DNA of 64,000 nt, taken from an uncultured Muribaculaceae bacterium. Its GTDB lineage: Bacteria > Bacteroidota > Bacteroidia > Bacteroidales > Muribaculaceae. The DNA is taken from contig CAJUSZ010000001.1 in the NCBI GenBank assembly GCA_910589425.1, positions 60,187 through 124,186 on the forward strand, written 5' to 3'. The position numbers and the translations under genes are program-made. Positions 19,829 through 30,362 of the stretch are shown here, piece after piece (the stretch's first letter is position 1; each line of letters starts with the position of its first letter). Below the pieces are notes generated by a model that ran no database searches, was not told the DNA's origin, and saw only the letters and a list, made by a program, of their open reading frames with translations.

Positions 19829-21925
19829 ATGGATTTCAAATTGACTTCAGAATACGCGCCTACAGGAGATCAACCTGAAGCTATCGCTGAACTTTCGCAA
19901 GGGGTGGAAAGTGGAATTCCTGCCCAGACGCTACTTGGTGTAACCGGTAGTGGAAAAACTTTTACAATGGCAAATGTGATTCAGCAAGTGAAGCGTCCCA
20001 CATTGATATTGTCTCATAACAAAACTCTTGCAGCTCAGTTATACAGCGAATTTAAAAGTTTTTTTCCAGAAAACTCTGTCCAATATTTTGTCAGTTATTA
20101 TGACTATTATCAGCCAGAGGCATATATTCCCTCGTCTGACAAATATATTGAAAAAGATCTGATGATCAACGATCAGATAGAAAAGCTCAGGCTATCGACC
20201 ACGGCTGCGCTTCTTTCCGGCCGCAGGGATGTGATAGTGGTGTCATCCGTCTCATGCATATATGGAATGGGAAATCCTGAGGATTTTGAGCAAAGCGTCA
20301 TAAAGATTTCAGTGGGAGACCGTATCTCACGCAATTCTTTTATGAGGAAACTTGTTGATTCCCTTTACTGTCGTTCGGAGGTTGACCTCGCAAACGGACA
20401 GTTCAGGGTCAAGGGGGATACGGTAGACATCATGCTATCTTTTGAAGATATTCAACTCAGAGTCCTTTTCTGGGGAGATGAGATAGAGAAGATACAGACT
20501 GTAGACCCTTCTTCCGGAGCCGTACTGACCACAATTGAAGGATTCAATATATACCCGGCCAACATATTTGTAACGACCAAGGAACGAGCCATGAGGGCTG
20601 TTGATGAGATAGCTCTGGATCTTGGAGATCAGGTCCGTTTTTTTCAGAATGAAGGCAAACTCATAGAAGCCCAGAGGATTAAAGAAAGGGTCAGCTACGA
20701 TCTCGAGATGATCAAGGAACTTGGGCATTGCTCGGGAATTGAGAATTATTCACGTTACTTTGATGGGCGCAAGCCTGGAATGCGTCCGTTCTGTCTTCTT
20801 GATTATTTTCCGAAAGACTTTCTGACGATAATTGACGAAAGCCATGTAACTCTTCCCCAGATCAGAGGCATGAACGGTGGAGACCTTTCACGCAAGATGA
20901 ATCTTGTCGAATATGGATTCAGGCTCCCGGCGGCCATTGATAACCGTCCTCTGAAGTTTGATGAATTCGAGAATCTTACCCCTCAGGTGATCTACGTCAG
21001 CGCGACTCCTGGTGATTATGAATTGCAGCGTTGCGAAGGTGTGTATACGGAGCAGATAATACGTCCCACAGGATTGCTCGATCCTGAGATAGAGGTGCGC
21101 CCGACGCTCAATCAGATAGATGACCTCATGGATGAGATCCAGGACAGGATAGACGCAGGCGAACGCACACTTGTAACAACCTTGACCAAACGTATGGCCG
21201 AGGAACTGAATGAGCATCTGAACAAGTGGGGAGTAAGCAGTGCATATATACATAGTGATGTCACTACCCTTGACCGGATAAAAATACTGGATGATCTCCG
21301 CAGTGGAGTATACGATGTGCTTGTCGGGGTCAATCTGCTCCGGGAAGGATTGGATCTGCCTCAGGTGAGTCTTGTGGCGATACTCGATGCTGACAAGGAG
21401 GGATTCCTGCGAAATCACAGGAGTCTGACGCAGACTGCCGGAAGAGCAGCGAGAAACGTTAACGGCAAAGTCATAATGTATGCGGACAAGATAACCGACA
21501 GCATGAGGCTTACTATCGACGAGACCGAACGGCGCCGTAAGAAACAGATGGATTATAATGACCGGAATGGATTGGTTCCGACTCCTATTGTCAAAAATAA
21601 TGGCCCGTCTGATTTGTTGGAATTGTATGAGCAGGAAGATCAGAGTGCTAACATGAAGACATCAAAACAGTCTAATGTCCGTAATTCAGTCAAACCACGT
21701 CCATATATTGAGGAACACCATAAGGCACGGCTTGCAGCGGAACCAGTCATGGATTATATGTCGGTCGAGGAATTGGAAAGAAGAGTGAAACAGCTCACTT
21801 TGGATATGCGCACAGCCGCAGCAAACACAGATTTCATTCAGGCTGCGCAATACCGCGATGAACTTATCGATTGTCAGAACAGACTTGACGCAATCAAAAA
21901 GAAGAGAGATGATCAGAACAATTGA
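19829..21925 (+). CDS. uvrB: Excinuclease ABC subunit B
   Basis: PTGDQP, LGVTGSGKT, SYYDYYQPEAY, DESH, NLLREGLD, C-terminal UVR domain. Confidence 0.98.
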   Translation: MDFKLTSEYAPTGDQPEAIAELSQGVESGIPAQTLLGVTGSGKTFTMANVIQQVKRPTLILSHNKTLAAQLYSEFKSFFPENSVQYFVSYYDYYQPEAYIPSSDKYIEKDLMINDQIEKLRLSTTAALLSGRRDVIVVSSVSCIYGMGNPEDFEQSVIKISVGDRISRNSFMRKLVDSLYCRSEVDLANGQFRVKGDTVDIMLSFEDIQLRVLFWGDEIEKIQTVDPSSGAVLTTIEGFNIYPANIFVTTKERAMRAVDEIALDLGDQVRFFQNEGKLIEAQRIKERVSYDLEMIKELGHCSGIENYSRYFDGRKPGMRPFCLLDYFPKDFLTIIDESHVTLPQIRGMNGGDLSRKMNLVEYGFRLPAAIDNRPLKFDEFENLTPQVIYVSATPGDYELQRCEGVYTEQIIRPTGLLDPEIEVRPTLNQIDDLMDEIQDRIDAGERTLVTTLTKRMAEELNEHLNKWGVSSAYIHSDVTTLDRIKILDDLRSGVYDVLVGVNLLREGLDLPQVSLVAILDADKEGFLRNHRSLTQTAGRAARNVNGKVIMYADKITDSMRLTIDETERRRKKQMDYNDRNGLVPTPIVKNNGPSDLLELYEQEDQSANMKTSKQSNVRNSVKPRPYIEEHHKARLAAEPVMDYMSVEELERRVKQLTLDMRTAAANTDFIQAAQYRDELIDCQNRLDAIKKKRDDQNN

Positions 21926-23822
21926 AGCGGGTAAATTCCCTGAACAAAAACAACTTTGGCTTCCTACTACGAAGGCTGAGATCGAACGTCTCGGATGGGA
22001 TTATGTCGATGTCATTCTGTTCACAGGAGACGCATACGTGGATCATCCTTCTTTTGGAGCCGCAGTCATCGGCAGAACTCTTGAAGCAGCGGGGTTCAGG
22101 GTAGCAATTGTGCCTCAGCCTAATTGGCGTGATGATTTGCGTGATTTCAAGAAATTGGGAAGACCTCGTTTGTTTTTCGGTGTTTCTGCGGGTGCGATGG
22201 ATTCAATGGTGAACCATTACACTGCCAACCGCAGGTTAAGGCATGATGATGCCTACACACCGGGAGGCAGGCATGGAATGCGCCCGGATTATCCTACGAT
22301 AGTCTATACTGAAATACTTAAAAAGCTTTATCCAGATGTGCCTGTAATAGCAGGTGGGATAGAGGCGTCATTGCGGCGTGTGGCTCACTATGATTACTGG
22401 GAAGACCGTTTGAGACCGCCGTTGCTTCTGGACACAAAGGCAGACATGTTCATATATGGGATGGGGGAACGGTCCATAACCGAGATCGCAGATCGGCTCT
22501 CCAAAGGTGAGCGTATCAGTGATATCACGGATGTTCCCCAGACTGTTTTCAGGAATGAAAATGATATTGCCGATGGAGCGATAATGCTTCATTCTTATGA
22601 GGATTGTCTGTCCGATAAAAAGAAACAGGCTTCAAATTTCCGTATAGTGGAAGAAGAATCCAATTCATTTAATGGACATATAATCCTTCAGAAAGCCAAA
22701 GGCCATACCGTCAGGATAAATCCTATGTATCCGCCGATGGCCGATGGTGAGATAGACTACTCATTTGATCTGCCATACACCAGGCTCCCGCATCCTCGAT
22801 ATAAGGACAAGCATATTCCCGCTTACGACATGATCAGACATTCGATATGCATGCACAGGGGGTGCTTCGGAGGATGCGCATTCTGTACTATTTCGGCCCA
22901 CCAGGGAAAGCATATAGCTTCCCGCAGCAAAGAATCCATTTTGCGTGAGGTCCGTCAGGTTACCCGTATGCATGATTTCAAAGGATACATATCCGATCTC
23001 GGAGGTCCTTCGGCCAACATGTATGCCATGCACGGGAAGAATGTGGATCTTTGCCGGAAATGTCTGAAGCCTTCTTGCCTTCATCCCCGTCCTTGCCCGA
23101 ATCTTAACACTGACCACAGTGATTTGCTGGACATTTATCGGAGTGTCGATTCTATTCCTGAAGTAAAGAAAAGCTTTATTGGAAGTGGCGTCCGCTATGA
23201 TCTCGCCATGCACCCCACAGGAAATGATAATATCGACCGGACCAACAGACGTTATCTTTCTGAACTGATTACCAATCATGTAAGCGGCAGATTGAAAGTC
23301 GCACCTGAACATACATCCGATAACGTATTGAAAATAATGCGTAAGCCAAGTTTCGGATTGTTCAGAAGTTTCAAACGCATTTTCGACTCAGAGTGCGGCA
23401 GAGCGGGATTGAGACAGCAGTTGATACCATATTTCATATCGTCTCATCCCGGATGCCATGAAGTGGACATGGCCGAGCTTGCCGCAGAGACCAAAAGCCT
23501 TGATTTTCACTTGGAGCAAATTCAGGATTTCACACCGACTCCAATGACTTTGGCTACAGAAATATATTACACAGGATTCCATCCGTATACGCTTGAGCCA
23601 ATATATACAGCCCGCACCCAATCGGAAAAGCTTGCCCAACGGCAGTTTTTTTTCTGGTACAAACCGGAGGAACGTAAGAACATTTCGACCGCGCTTAAAC
23701 GGATGCACAGGCCGGATCTTATAGACCGATTATACGGATCAAAAGGTTTCCACGAAAACAGAAACCGCTATAACGAAAGAAATCTGCGCAGAGGGCATAA
23801 TAATGACAAAAGAAGAAAGTGA
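21909..23822 (+). CDS. YgiQ (UPF0313) family radical SAM protein
   Basis: GDAYVDHPSFG, GGIEASLRR, CFGGCAFC, DLGGPSANMY, QDFTPTPMT. The ATG at 21909 overlaps the end of uvrB. Confidence 0.93.
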   Translation: MIRTIEAGKFPEQKQLWLPTTKAEIERLGWDYVDVILFTGDAYVDHPSFGAAVIGRTLEAAGFRVAIVPQPNWRDDLRDFKKLGRPRLFFGVSAGAMDSMVNHYTANRRLRHDDAYTPGGRHGMRPDYPTIVYTEILKKLYPDVPVIAGGIEASLRRVAHYDYWEDRLRPPLLLDTKADMFIYGMGERSITEIADRLSKGERISDITDVPQTVFRNENDIADGAIMLHSYEDCLSDKKKQASNFRIVEEESNSFNGHIILQKAKGHTVRINPMYPPMADGEIDYSFDLPYTRLPHPRYKDKHIPAYDMIRHSICMHRGCFGGCAFCTISAHQGKHIASRSKESILREVRQVTRMHDFKGYISDLGGPSANMYAMHGKNVDLCRKCLKPSCLHPRPCPNLNTDHSDLLDIYRSVDSIPEVKKSFIGSGVRYDLAMHPTGNDNIDRTNRRYLSELITNHVSGRLKVAPEHTSDNVLKIMRKPSFGLFRSFKRIFDSECGRAGLRQQLIPYFISSHPGCHEVDMAELAAETKSLDFHLEQIQDFTPTPMTLATEIYYTGFHPYTLEPIYTARTQSEKLAQRQFFFWYKPEERKNISTALKRMHRPDLIDRLYGSKGFHENRNRYNERNLRRGHNNDKRRK

Positions 23823-23906
23823 TATTTGCAGATTTCACTTTTTATTCTTACTTTCGCGGCGCAAAATAAGATTATCAATCTAAAAAATAATAACATAAAC
23901 CTACAC

Positions 23907-26057
23907 ATGAACAAAGCAAAACTCGCTATGGGCACGATGATTCTACCAGCATTGCTTACAGGTTGCAGCCAGAGCAATTCTGACAAGACAATCATCGAGC
24001 AGCCCTCTGTTGAGATTGTCGACGGAATGTTTTCGGCTGAAGTGCTTGAAGCGCTCGGTCGCGTCGGCAACGCCACTCCTTCGCCAGACGGCAAGTATGT
24101 GATTTTCACGCTTGCGTATGAAAGCATTGAAGAGAACTCCTCCAATGCGGAGATCTACAGGATGAATGCCGATGGATCTGAAATCAAAAGATTGACCACC
24201 ACACCGTCGTCTGAATCAAATTTGCGCTGGATCGACGGTGGCAATCTGATCGCGTACATCGCAAACGATTCTGATACAGAAAAGCCTCAGGTGTTCACAA
24301 TGAAGCCCGACGGCACAGGATCGAAACGTGTCAGCAATATTCCCAATGGAGTGATGTGCTTCGAGATTTCTCCAGATGAATCGCGTATCGTATTCGGATC
24401 TCTGATTGATGCGGACGACAAGGACCCTGCGCTTTTCGAAGGACTTCCGAACACGTCAGGACGTGTGATAAACGACCTGATGTATAAGCATTGGGATGAA
24501 TGGGTTACTGAAATACCTCATCCTTTTGTGGCCGACTTCAAAACTGCTTCAGGCTATGAAGTGGCAAATGAGAAAGATATCATGAAAGGTGAGCCTTATG
24601 AGTGCCCCATGAAACCGTTCGGCGGCGCTGAAACGTTCGCATGGAGTCCCGACGGTAAGAAACTTGTCTACACATCACGCAAACTCAAAGGTAAGGACTA
24701 TGCCTTCTCGACAGATTCAAACCTTTACCTTTATGACATAGAATCCGGTAAGACAGAGTGTCTGACACAGGGAATCGAAGGATACGATACAAATCCTGTA
24801 TTCTCGCCGGATGGCTCGCAGCTTGCGTGGCTTTCAATGGCCACAGCAAAATTTGAAAGCGACAAGAAACGCCTGATGGTAATGGATATGAAAAGCCGCA
24901 CCCAGCGTGATCTTACCGAAAACTGGGATTATTGGCCTGAGGGCATCGCCTGGTCGCCCGACGGGAAAGGAATTTTCTTCCACGGATATTATCAGGGAAC
25001 CAAGCCCATATTCAAGATTGATGTCGCCTCTGCCGTAATAGATACCATCGCTACCGGCGTGTGGGATTATGAAGGGGTTCAGCCGATCTCAAACGATGCT
25101 GTGATCGCACTGCGCCACAGCATGAGCCGTCCTAATGAGATTTGCCTTGCTGCGAAGGGACAGGAGCCTAAGGATCTCACCACACTCAACGCCGAATTGC
25201 TTGGCAAAGTCAAACTTGGCAAGGTTGAAAAAGTAATGGTTCCGACTACAGACGGCAAGGAAATGTGTACGTGGGTAGTTCTTCCCCCGGATTTTGATCC
25301 CAACAAAAAATATCCAGCGATCCTCTATTGTCAGGGAGGTCCCCAGCAGGCTGTAAGCCAATTCTGGAGCTATCGCTGGAACTTCATGATAATGGCCGCT
25401 CATGGATACATCGTAATTGCCCCCAACAGACGTGGCCTTCCTGGTTTCGGCACGGAATGGAACCGTCAGATCTCTGGAGACTACGGAGGCCAGAACATGA
25501 AGGATTATCTTGCCGCAGTAGACTACATGAAAGAGAAACCCTATGTCGATGCGGATCACATAGGAGCAATCGGTGCAAGTTACGGTGGATTCTCTGTCTA
25601 CTGGCTTGCTGGTCATCATGAAGGCAGATTTGCCGCCCTTGTTGCCCATGCCGGAATATTCAATATCGAGGCGCAGTATCTTGAGACAGAAGAGATGTGG
25701 TTTGCAGACTTTGATCTTGGCGGTCCATACTGGGATAAGGACAATGCGGTTGCGCAGCGCACTTATGCGAACTCTCCGCATAAGTTTGTGGATAAGTGGA
25801 CTGCCCCGATTCTGGTAACTGTAGGTGAACTCGATTACCGCATTCTTGCATCGCAAGGCATGATGGCATTCAACGCAGCAAAAATGCGTGGTCTTGAGAC
25901 CGAGATGCTTGTATTCCCCGACGAGAACCACTGGGTATTGAAACCCCAGAATGCAGTCCTTTGGCAACGTGTATTCTTCCAGTTCCTTGACAAATATCTG
26001 AAAGATAATAAAAAATCAGCAAAGGCAGAGGAAGAAGCGCCAGCCCAGACCAAGTAA
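23907..26057 (+). CDS. S9 family peptidase (dipeptidyl-peptidase 5-like) lipoprotein
   Basis: Lipobox LLTGC, beta-propeller WSPDG repeats, GGPQ, GASYGG nucleophile, D..DENHW. Confidence 0.92.
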   Translation: MNKAKLAMGTMILPALLTGCSQSNSDKTIIEQPSVEIVDGMFSAEVLEALGRVGNATPSPDGKYVIFTLAYESIEENSSNAEIYRMNADGSEIKRLTTTPSSESNLRWIDGGNLIAYIANDSDTEKPQVFTMKPDGTGSKRVSNIPNGVMCFEISPDESRIVFGSLIDADDKDPALFEGLPNTSGRVINDLMYKHWDEWVTEIPHPFVADFKTASGYEVANEKDIMKGEPYECPMKPFGGAETFAWSPDGKKLVYTSRKLKGKDYAFSTDSNLYLYDIESGKTECLTQGIEGYDTNPVFSPDGSQLAWLSMATAKFESDKKRLMVMDMKSRTQRDLTENWDYWPEGIAWSPDGKGIFFHGYYQGTKPIFKIDVASAVIDTIATGVWDYEGVQPISNDAVIALRHSMSRPNEICLAAKGQEPKDLTTLNAELLGKVKLGKVEKVMVPTTDGKEMCTWVVLPPDFDPNKKYPAILYCQGGPQQAVSQFWSYRWNFMIMAAHGYIVIAPNRRGLPGFGTEWNRQISGDYGGQNMKDYLAAVDYMKEKPYVDADHIGAIGASYGGFSVYWLAGHHEGRFAALVAHAGIFNIEAQYLETEEMWFADFDLGGPYWDKDNAVAQRTYANSPHKFVDKWTAPILVTVGELDYRILASQGMMAFNAAKMRGLETEMLVFPDENHWVLKPQNAVLWQRVFFQFLDKYLKDNKKSAKAEEEAPAQTK

Positions 26058-26080
26058 CTAACAGTCAGCAATATCAATAA

Positions 26081-26124
26081 AAATATCCGGAATTGGGAGA
26101 CAAAACTCCTAATTCCGGATATTT
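26081..26124. terminator. Bidirectional hairpin between the convergent S9 peptidase gene and tpx
   Basis: AAATATCCGGAATTGGGAG / CTCCTAATTCCGGATATTT, 19-bp stem with one G-T pair. Confidence 0.75.
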
Positions 26125-26144
26125 GCATTTCGGGTGGTGTGCTA

Positions 26145-26651
26145 TCAAGGATTTTCTGAAAGGATCTTCTTGACAAAGTCGTAGTCTGGTTCTTCAGTGA
26201 TCTCCTTGCACAGTGATGTCCCGAGAACACGGCCATCCCGGTCAATGACAACAAGCGCACGTGCGAACAGACCTTCGAGAGGGCCGTCGGCAAGTTCCAC
26301 CCCGTATGATTTGCCAAAATCAGAGCGGAAAGCTGATGCAGTCTGAACATTATTGATCTCATTGGCCACACAGAATCTTCCGGCGGCAAAAGGAAGATCT
26401 TTGCTGACACACAACACAGCTGTATCAGCAAACTTGGTTATGTCCTGGTTAAACCGTCTTACCGAGGCCGCACATACTTCTGTGTCGAGACTTGGGAAAA
26501 TATTAAGGACCAGCCGCTTCCCATTGAAGTCATGAAGAGCGATGGTTGACAGATCACGCCCAGTGAGGGCAAAATTGGGAGCTATGCTTCCGGCAACGGG
26601 AAGTTGTCCGACGGTGTGCATAGGATTTCCCTGAAAAAACACTGTTTCCAT
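26145..26651 (-). CDS. tpx: Thiol peroxidase (atypical 2-Cys peroxiredoxin)
   Basis: NIFPSLDTEVC, SKDLPFAAGRFC, EEPDYD. Confidence 0.96.
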   Translation of the reverse strand: METVFFQGNPMHTVGQLPVAGSIAPNFALTGRDLSTIALHDFNGKRLVLNIFPSLDTEVCAASVRRFNQDITKFADTAVLCVSKDLPFAAGRFCVANEINNVQTASAFRSDFGKSYGVELADGPLEGLFARALVVIDRDGRVLGTSLCKEITEEPDYDFVKKILSENP

Positions 26652-26804
26652 ATTATTTTTAAATATTTGATTAACAATTAAATTGTTTTTAGCTCGGGTT
26701 TGGTTTTTGATTCTATCCGCGTTTCAGTTGTTAAAACTGCACGTGTTTCTAATTTATAACAATTATCGTGCCATAAATTCTTCGCAGATTAAGAAAAATC
26801 GGAT

Positions 26805-26836
26805 TTTGCCTTTGTTCGGAAATTTTCGTAACTTTG
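26805..26836 (+). promoter_or_regulatory. Primary-sigma promoter for the udk-lptB-CPBP-holA-EFR1 unit
   Basis: TTTG-N20-TAACTTTG. Confidence 0.7.
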
Positions 26837-26882
26837 CATTTCAATGAAATTTGATTTCTGAATTCTCAAAATAGAGACAAAT

Positions 26883-27515
26883 ATGCTCGTAATAGGGATA
26901 GCCGGAGGCACAGGCTCAGGCAAAACCACAGTGGTGCGTAAGATCATAGAAAGCTTGCCAAAAGATGAGGTGGCCGTGATGCCACAGGACTCTTATTATA
27001 AAGACAATGCCCATATACCTCTCGAAACCCGGCTCAAAATGAATTATGATGAGCCGGCTTCCATCGAGTGGTCATTGCTATGCCGACATCTCGAGATGCT
27101 AAGAGAGGGAAAAGCAATAGATATGCCGACTTATGATTTCCTTACATGCTCGAGACTCAAGGAAACAGTCCATCTCCTTCCCCGGGAAGTTGTGGTTGTT
27201 GAAGGAATACTTGTTCTGACGGATAAGACTCTGAGGGAAATGATGGATGTCAAGGTCTTCGTTGACGCAGATGCGGACGAGCGGCTCATAAGGGTAATCA
27301 TGCGCGACTGTGTTGAACGCGGCAGGACTCCCAAGATGGTAATCGACCGTTATCAGGAGACACTTAAGCCAATGCATGAACTGCACATCGAACCGTCGAA
27401 AAGATATGCCGATCTGATTGTCCCGCAGGGTGGAAATAATAAAGTTGCAATCAAATTGCTTACTGACTATATCAGGTCGCTTCTCCCGAATGGCAATAAT
27501 CATACCAACGCATGA
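26883..27515 (+). CDS. udk: Uridine kinase
   Basis: [32 protein letters not shown]. Confidence 0.96.
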   Translation: MLVIGIAGGTGSGKTTVVRKIIESLPKDEVAVMPQDSYYKDNAHIPLETRLKMNYDEPASIEWSLLCRHLEMLREGKAIDMPTYDFLTCSRLKETVHLLPREVVVVEGILVLTDKTLREMMDVKVFVDADADERLIRVIMRDCVERGRTPKMVIDRYQETLKPMHELHIEPSKRYADLIVPQGGNNKVAIKLLTDYIRSLLPNGNNHTNA

Positions 27516-28438
27516 AAATATTTCCACTTTTCCCCAGCCGGCACTCGTCAGATAAGATATTGTCTGATAACGACCCAAATGACAACGGGCCTATCATTCC
27601 ATCATCGGCTAATGACGGGATGATAGATGAAACAATTTCAGTTTCTGATGCTGACGGCAACCTGTCAATAAATAATACCGATAGATCGGCAGTCCGGAAA
27701 GGGATATTGCGAACTGATAATCTTGTGAAAAGATACGGTAGCCGCACTGTTGTCAATCACGTATCGATAAATGTGACGCAAGGTGAGATTGTAGGGTTGC
27801 TCGGGCCTAACGGAGCGGGAAAAACCACTACTTTCTATATGACAACCGGGTTGATAACTCCCAACGCCGGTAAAATCTATCTTGACGACAAAGACATCAC
27901 AGGCTATCCTGTCTATAAAAGAGCCAAACTCGGAATAGGTTATCTGGCTCAGGAAGCATCCGTTTTCCGCAAGTTGAGTGTGGAAGATAATATCCGGGCC
28001 GTATTGGAAATGACCGGGACTTCTAAAGAGTATCAGAAAGAGAAACTGGAAAGCCTGATCCGTGAGTTTGACCTGGAAAAAGTACGTCATAATTACGGAG
28101 ACCGTTTGTCGGGAGGAGAGAGACGCCGTACTGAAATAGCACGTTGTCTTGCCATAAGTCCTAAATTTGTAATGTTGGATGAACCTTTCGCCGGCGTAGA
28201 CCCCATCGCGGTAGAGGATATCCAATCGGTTGTATTCAAACTGAAAGAGAAGAATATCGGGATTCTTATTACCGACCACAATGCACAGGAAACCCTAAGG
28301 ATCACCGACCGCGCATATCTGCTTTTTGAGGGAAAGATCCTTTTCCAGGGTACAAGCGAAGAGCTTGCAGCAAATCCAGTGGTACGGGAAAAGTATCTTG
28401 GCCGCTTTTTTGTCTTCACAAGAAAAGAATTCGATTGA
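27512..28438 (+). CDS. lptB: LPS export ABC ATPase with N-terminal extension
   Basis: [54 protein letters not shown] overlap with udk. Confidence 0.95.
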   Translation: MKIFPLFPSRHSSDKILSDNDPNDNGPIIPSSANDGMIDETISVSDADGNLSINNTDRSAVRKGILRTDNLVKRYGSRTVVNHVSINVTQGEIVGLLGPNGAGKTTTFYMTTGLITPNAGKIYLDDKDITGYPVYKRAKLGIGYLAQEASVFRKLSVEDNIRAVLEMTGTSKEYQKEKLESLIREFDLEKVRHNYGDRLSGGERRRTEIARCLAISPKFVMLDEPFAGVDPIAVEDIQSVVFKLKEKNIGILITDHNAQETLRITDRAYLLFEGKILFQGTSEELAANPVVREKYLGRFFVFTRKEFD

Positions 28439-28440
28439 CA

Positions 28441-29301
28441 ATGTTTTACCCTATTTTCGCTTCAAGACCGGCGCGTTTGGTGCTGTTATTCGTTACGTTG
28501 TTTGTCGGTTTATGTGTGGCCTCACTCTCATGCGGGTTTTTCGATATATTATTCGGACAAGGAACGAGAACAGCACTATTATGTCAATCTGCGGCTCAGG
28601 CTGTGTTCGCTTTTATTATTCCTGCGTACGTCTCAGTCAAGATTGCGTATGGCAATGCGTATGATGAATTAGGGATATCCAGAGGTTTTAGTGTGTCGGC
28701 CATACTTATCACACTGGCCATAATGTTTACTGCCGTACCATTTCTGAATCAGATAATCAGTCTTAATGAGAACATCGCTTTCTCCCCGGATATAGAGAAA
28801 GTATTCAGGCAGTGGGAAAATCAGGCACTTTCAGCTACAAACAGTATGCTTGACACCGATACCGTCTCCGGACTGGTTTCAGGCGTATTGATAGTGGGAC
28901 TGCTGACTGGTATAGGTGAGGAATTCTTTTTCAGAGGCGCACTTCAGAAGATGCTTCGCGGCAAAGGAGTCAGCGCACATGGCGCTATATGGATTGCGGC
29001 TACAGTGTTCAGCATAATGCATTTCCAGCCTTACGGTTTTGTGCCGCGTCTGCTTCTCGGTGCGTTCTTCGGTTATCTATATTGGTGGAGTGGCACGATC
29101 TGGCTTCCGGTCATTGCACATGCGGTTAACAACAGTATGGTTGTGATTGTGGCATGGATCAGGAATTGTGGAGCCGATATGCGCTGGTTTGAAACTTGCG
29201 GCACATCTGATGACGGCACATTGTGGATATCAGCCATGTCTTTAGTCGTAGCAGGAAGTCTGACATATATAGCTTCAAGAATTATCCCGAACTCAAAATA
29301 G
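28441..29301 (+). CDS. CPBP (CAAX/Abi) family intramembrane metalloprotease
   Basis: EEFFFRG, FSIMH, H..NN, multiple TM helices. Confidence 0.92.
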   Translation: MFYPIFASRPARLVLLFVTLFVGLCVASLSCGFFDILFGQGTRTALLCQSAAQAVFAFIIPAYVSVKIAYGNAYDELGISRGFSVSAILITLAIMFTAVPFLNQIISLNENIAFSPDIEKVFRQWENQALSATNSMLDTDTVSGLVSGVLIVGLLTGIGEEFFFRGALQKMLRGKGVSAHGAIWIAATVFSIMHFQPYGFVPRLLLGAFFGYLYWWSGTIWLPVIAHAVNNSMVVIVAWIRNCGADMRWFETCGTSDDGTLWISAMSLVVAGSLTYIASRIIPNSK

Positions 29302-29310
29302 TATTTTCTC

Positions 29311-30351
29311 ATGGCCAGAACTTCTCAATCATTATCTTATAAAGATATAGTCGGATCGATACGTAAAGGTGATATCGCCCCGGTTTATATTCTGATGGGA
29401 GTTGAGGAATACTTCATAGACAGCATAGTGAAGCTATTGGAGGAAAGGGTGGTGGAAAGTGCCGACAAAGATTTCAATACATTCATTTTTTATGGCGCTG
29501 ATGCTGATATTGAGACAGTAGCAAACACTTCACGTCAATATCCGCTGATGAGTGAGCGCCAGCTTGTCATCTTGAAGGAGGCTCAGACTCTTGATCGGGC
29601 AAAGACTCAGCTTGAGAAACTGTCTCCGTATATTGAAAATCCGGTACAGACCACAGTGCTGGTAATCGCATTCAAAGGAGACGAACTGTCTGCCTCGTCA
29701 CGTGTGATAAAGGCTGCCGGAAAGGGTGGGGGAATTGTCTTTCAGTCTGCGCGTGTAAAGGAAAACAACATAGGGCCGTATGTTAAAGATTATTGTGAGG
29801 CAGCCGGAGTCCGTATCGACAGTCAGGCAATAGCCATGTTGTCTGAACTTCAGGGAACAGAGTTAAAAAAGATATTCTCGGAGATCGATAAGATAATAGT
29901 CGCTGGAAAGGGAGCGATCCGCAACATTACCAGGGATCATGTCTGCCACTATACAGGCGTCAATAAAGAATACAATAATTTTGAACTGACATCGGCTCTT
30001 GCGGTGAAAAACTATGCAAAAGCCATGGAGATAGTTGAGTTTTTCTCAAAAAATCCCCGGCAGAACTCCCCAATGAAAAGCATCAGTCTGCTTTTTTCGT
30101 TTTATTCCAAACTTGTGATCGCAGGATGTTTGAAAGATAAGAGCGACACTGCTATAATGACTGCGCTTAATGCAAGATCCGAATATTCCATACGCGAAAT
30201 CAAAGCCGCGATGAAATTTTATTCTCTGCGTCAGAGCGTAGCGTGTATATCATTGATCCGGGATTTCGACTGTCAGTCCAAGGGAATCGGTTCAATGAGA
30301 AATGAATTTGATCTTTTTCGTGAACTGATGTTCAAACTTGTGAGTATATAA
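29311..30351 (+). CDS. holA: DNA polymerase III subunit delta
   Basis: PVYILMGVEEYFID, YPLMSERQLVILKEAQ, GVNKEYNNFEL. Confidence 0.9.
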   Translation: MARTSQSLSYKDIVGSIRKGDIAPVYILMGVEEYFIDSIVKLLEERVVESADKDFNTFIFYGADADIETVANTSRQYPLMSERQLVILKEAQTLDRAKTQLEKLSPYIENPVQTTVLVIAFKGDELSASSRVIKAAGKGGGIVFQSARVKENNIGPYVKDYCEAAGVRIDSQAIAMLSELQGTELKKIFSEIDKIIVAGKGAIRNITRDHVCHYTGVNKEYNNFELTSALAVKNYAKAMEIVEFFSKNPRQNSPMKSISLLFSFYSKLVIAGCLKDKSDTAIMTALNARSEYSIREIKAAMKFYSLRQSVACISLIRDFDCQSKGIGSMRNEFDLFRELMFKLVSI

Positions 30352-30362
30352 ACTGCTGATTG

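Noticed and set aside
25089..25967. 292-aa antisense ORF, and similar ones such as 33421-34086, 34783-35412 and 27665-28279
   Set aside because: They lie opposite well-supported genes and have no recognisable motifs; these are shadow ORFs.
28441..29301. CPBP/Abi protease as phage defence or bacteriocin immunity
   Set aside because: Embedded in the housekeeping udk-lptB-holA operon with no bacteriocin or defence neighbours.
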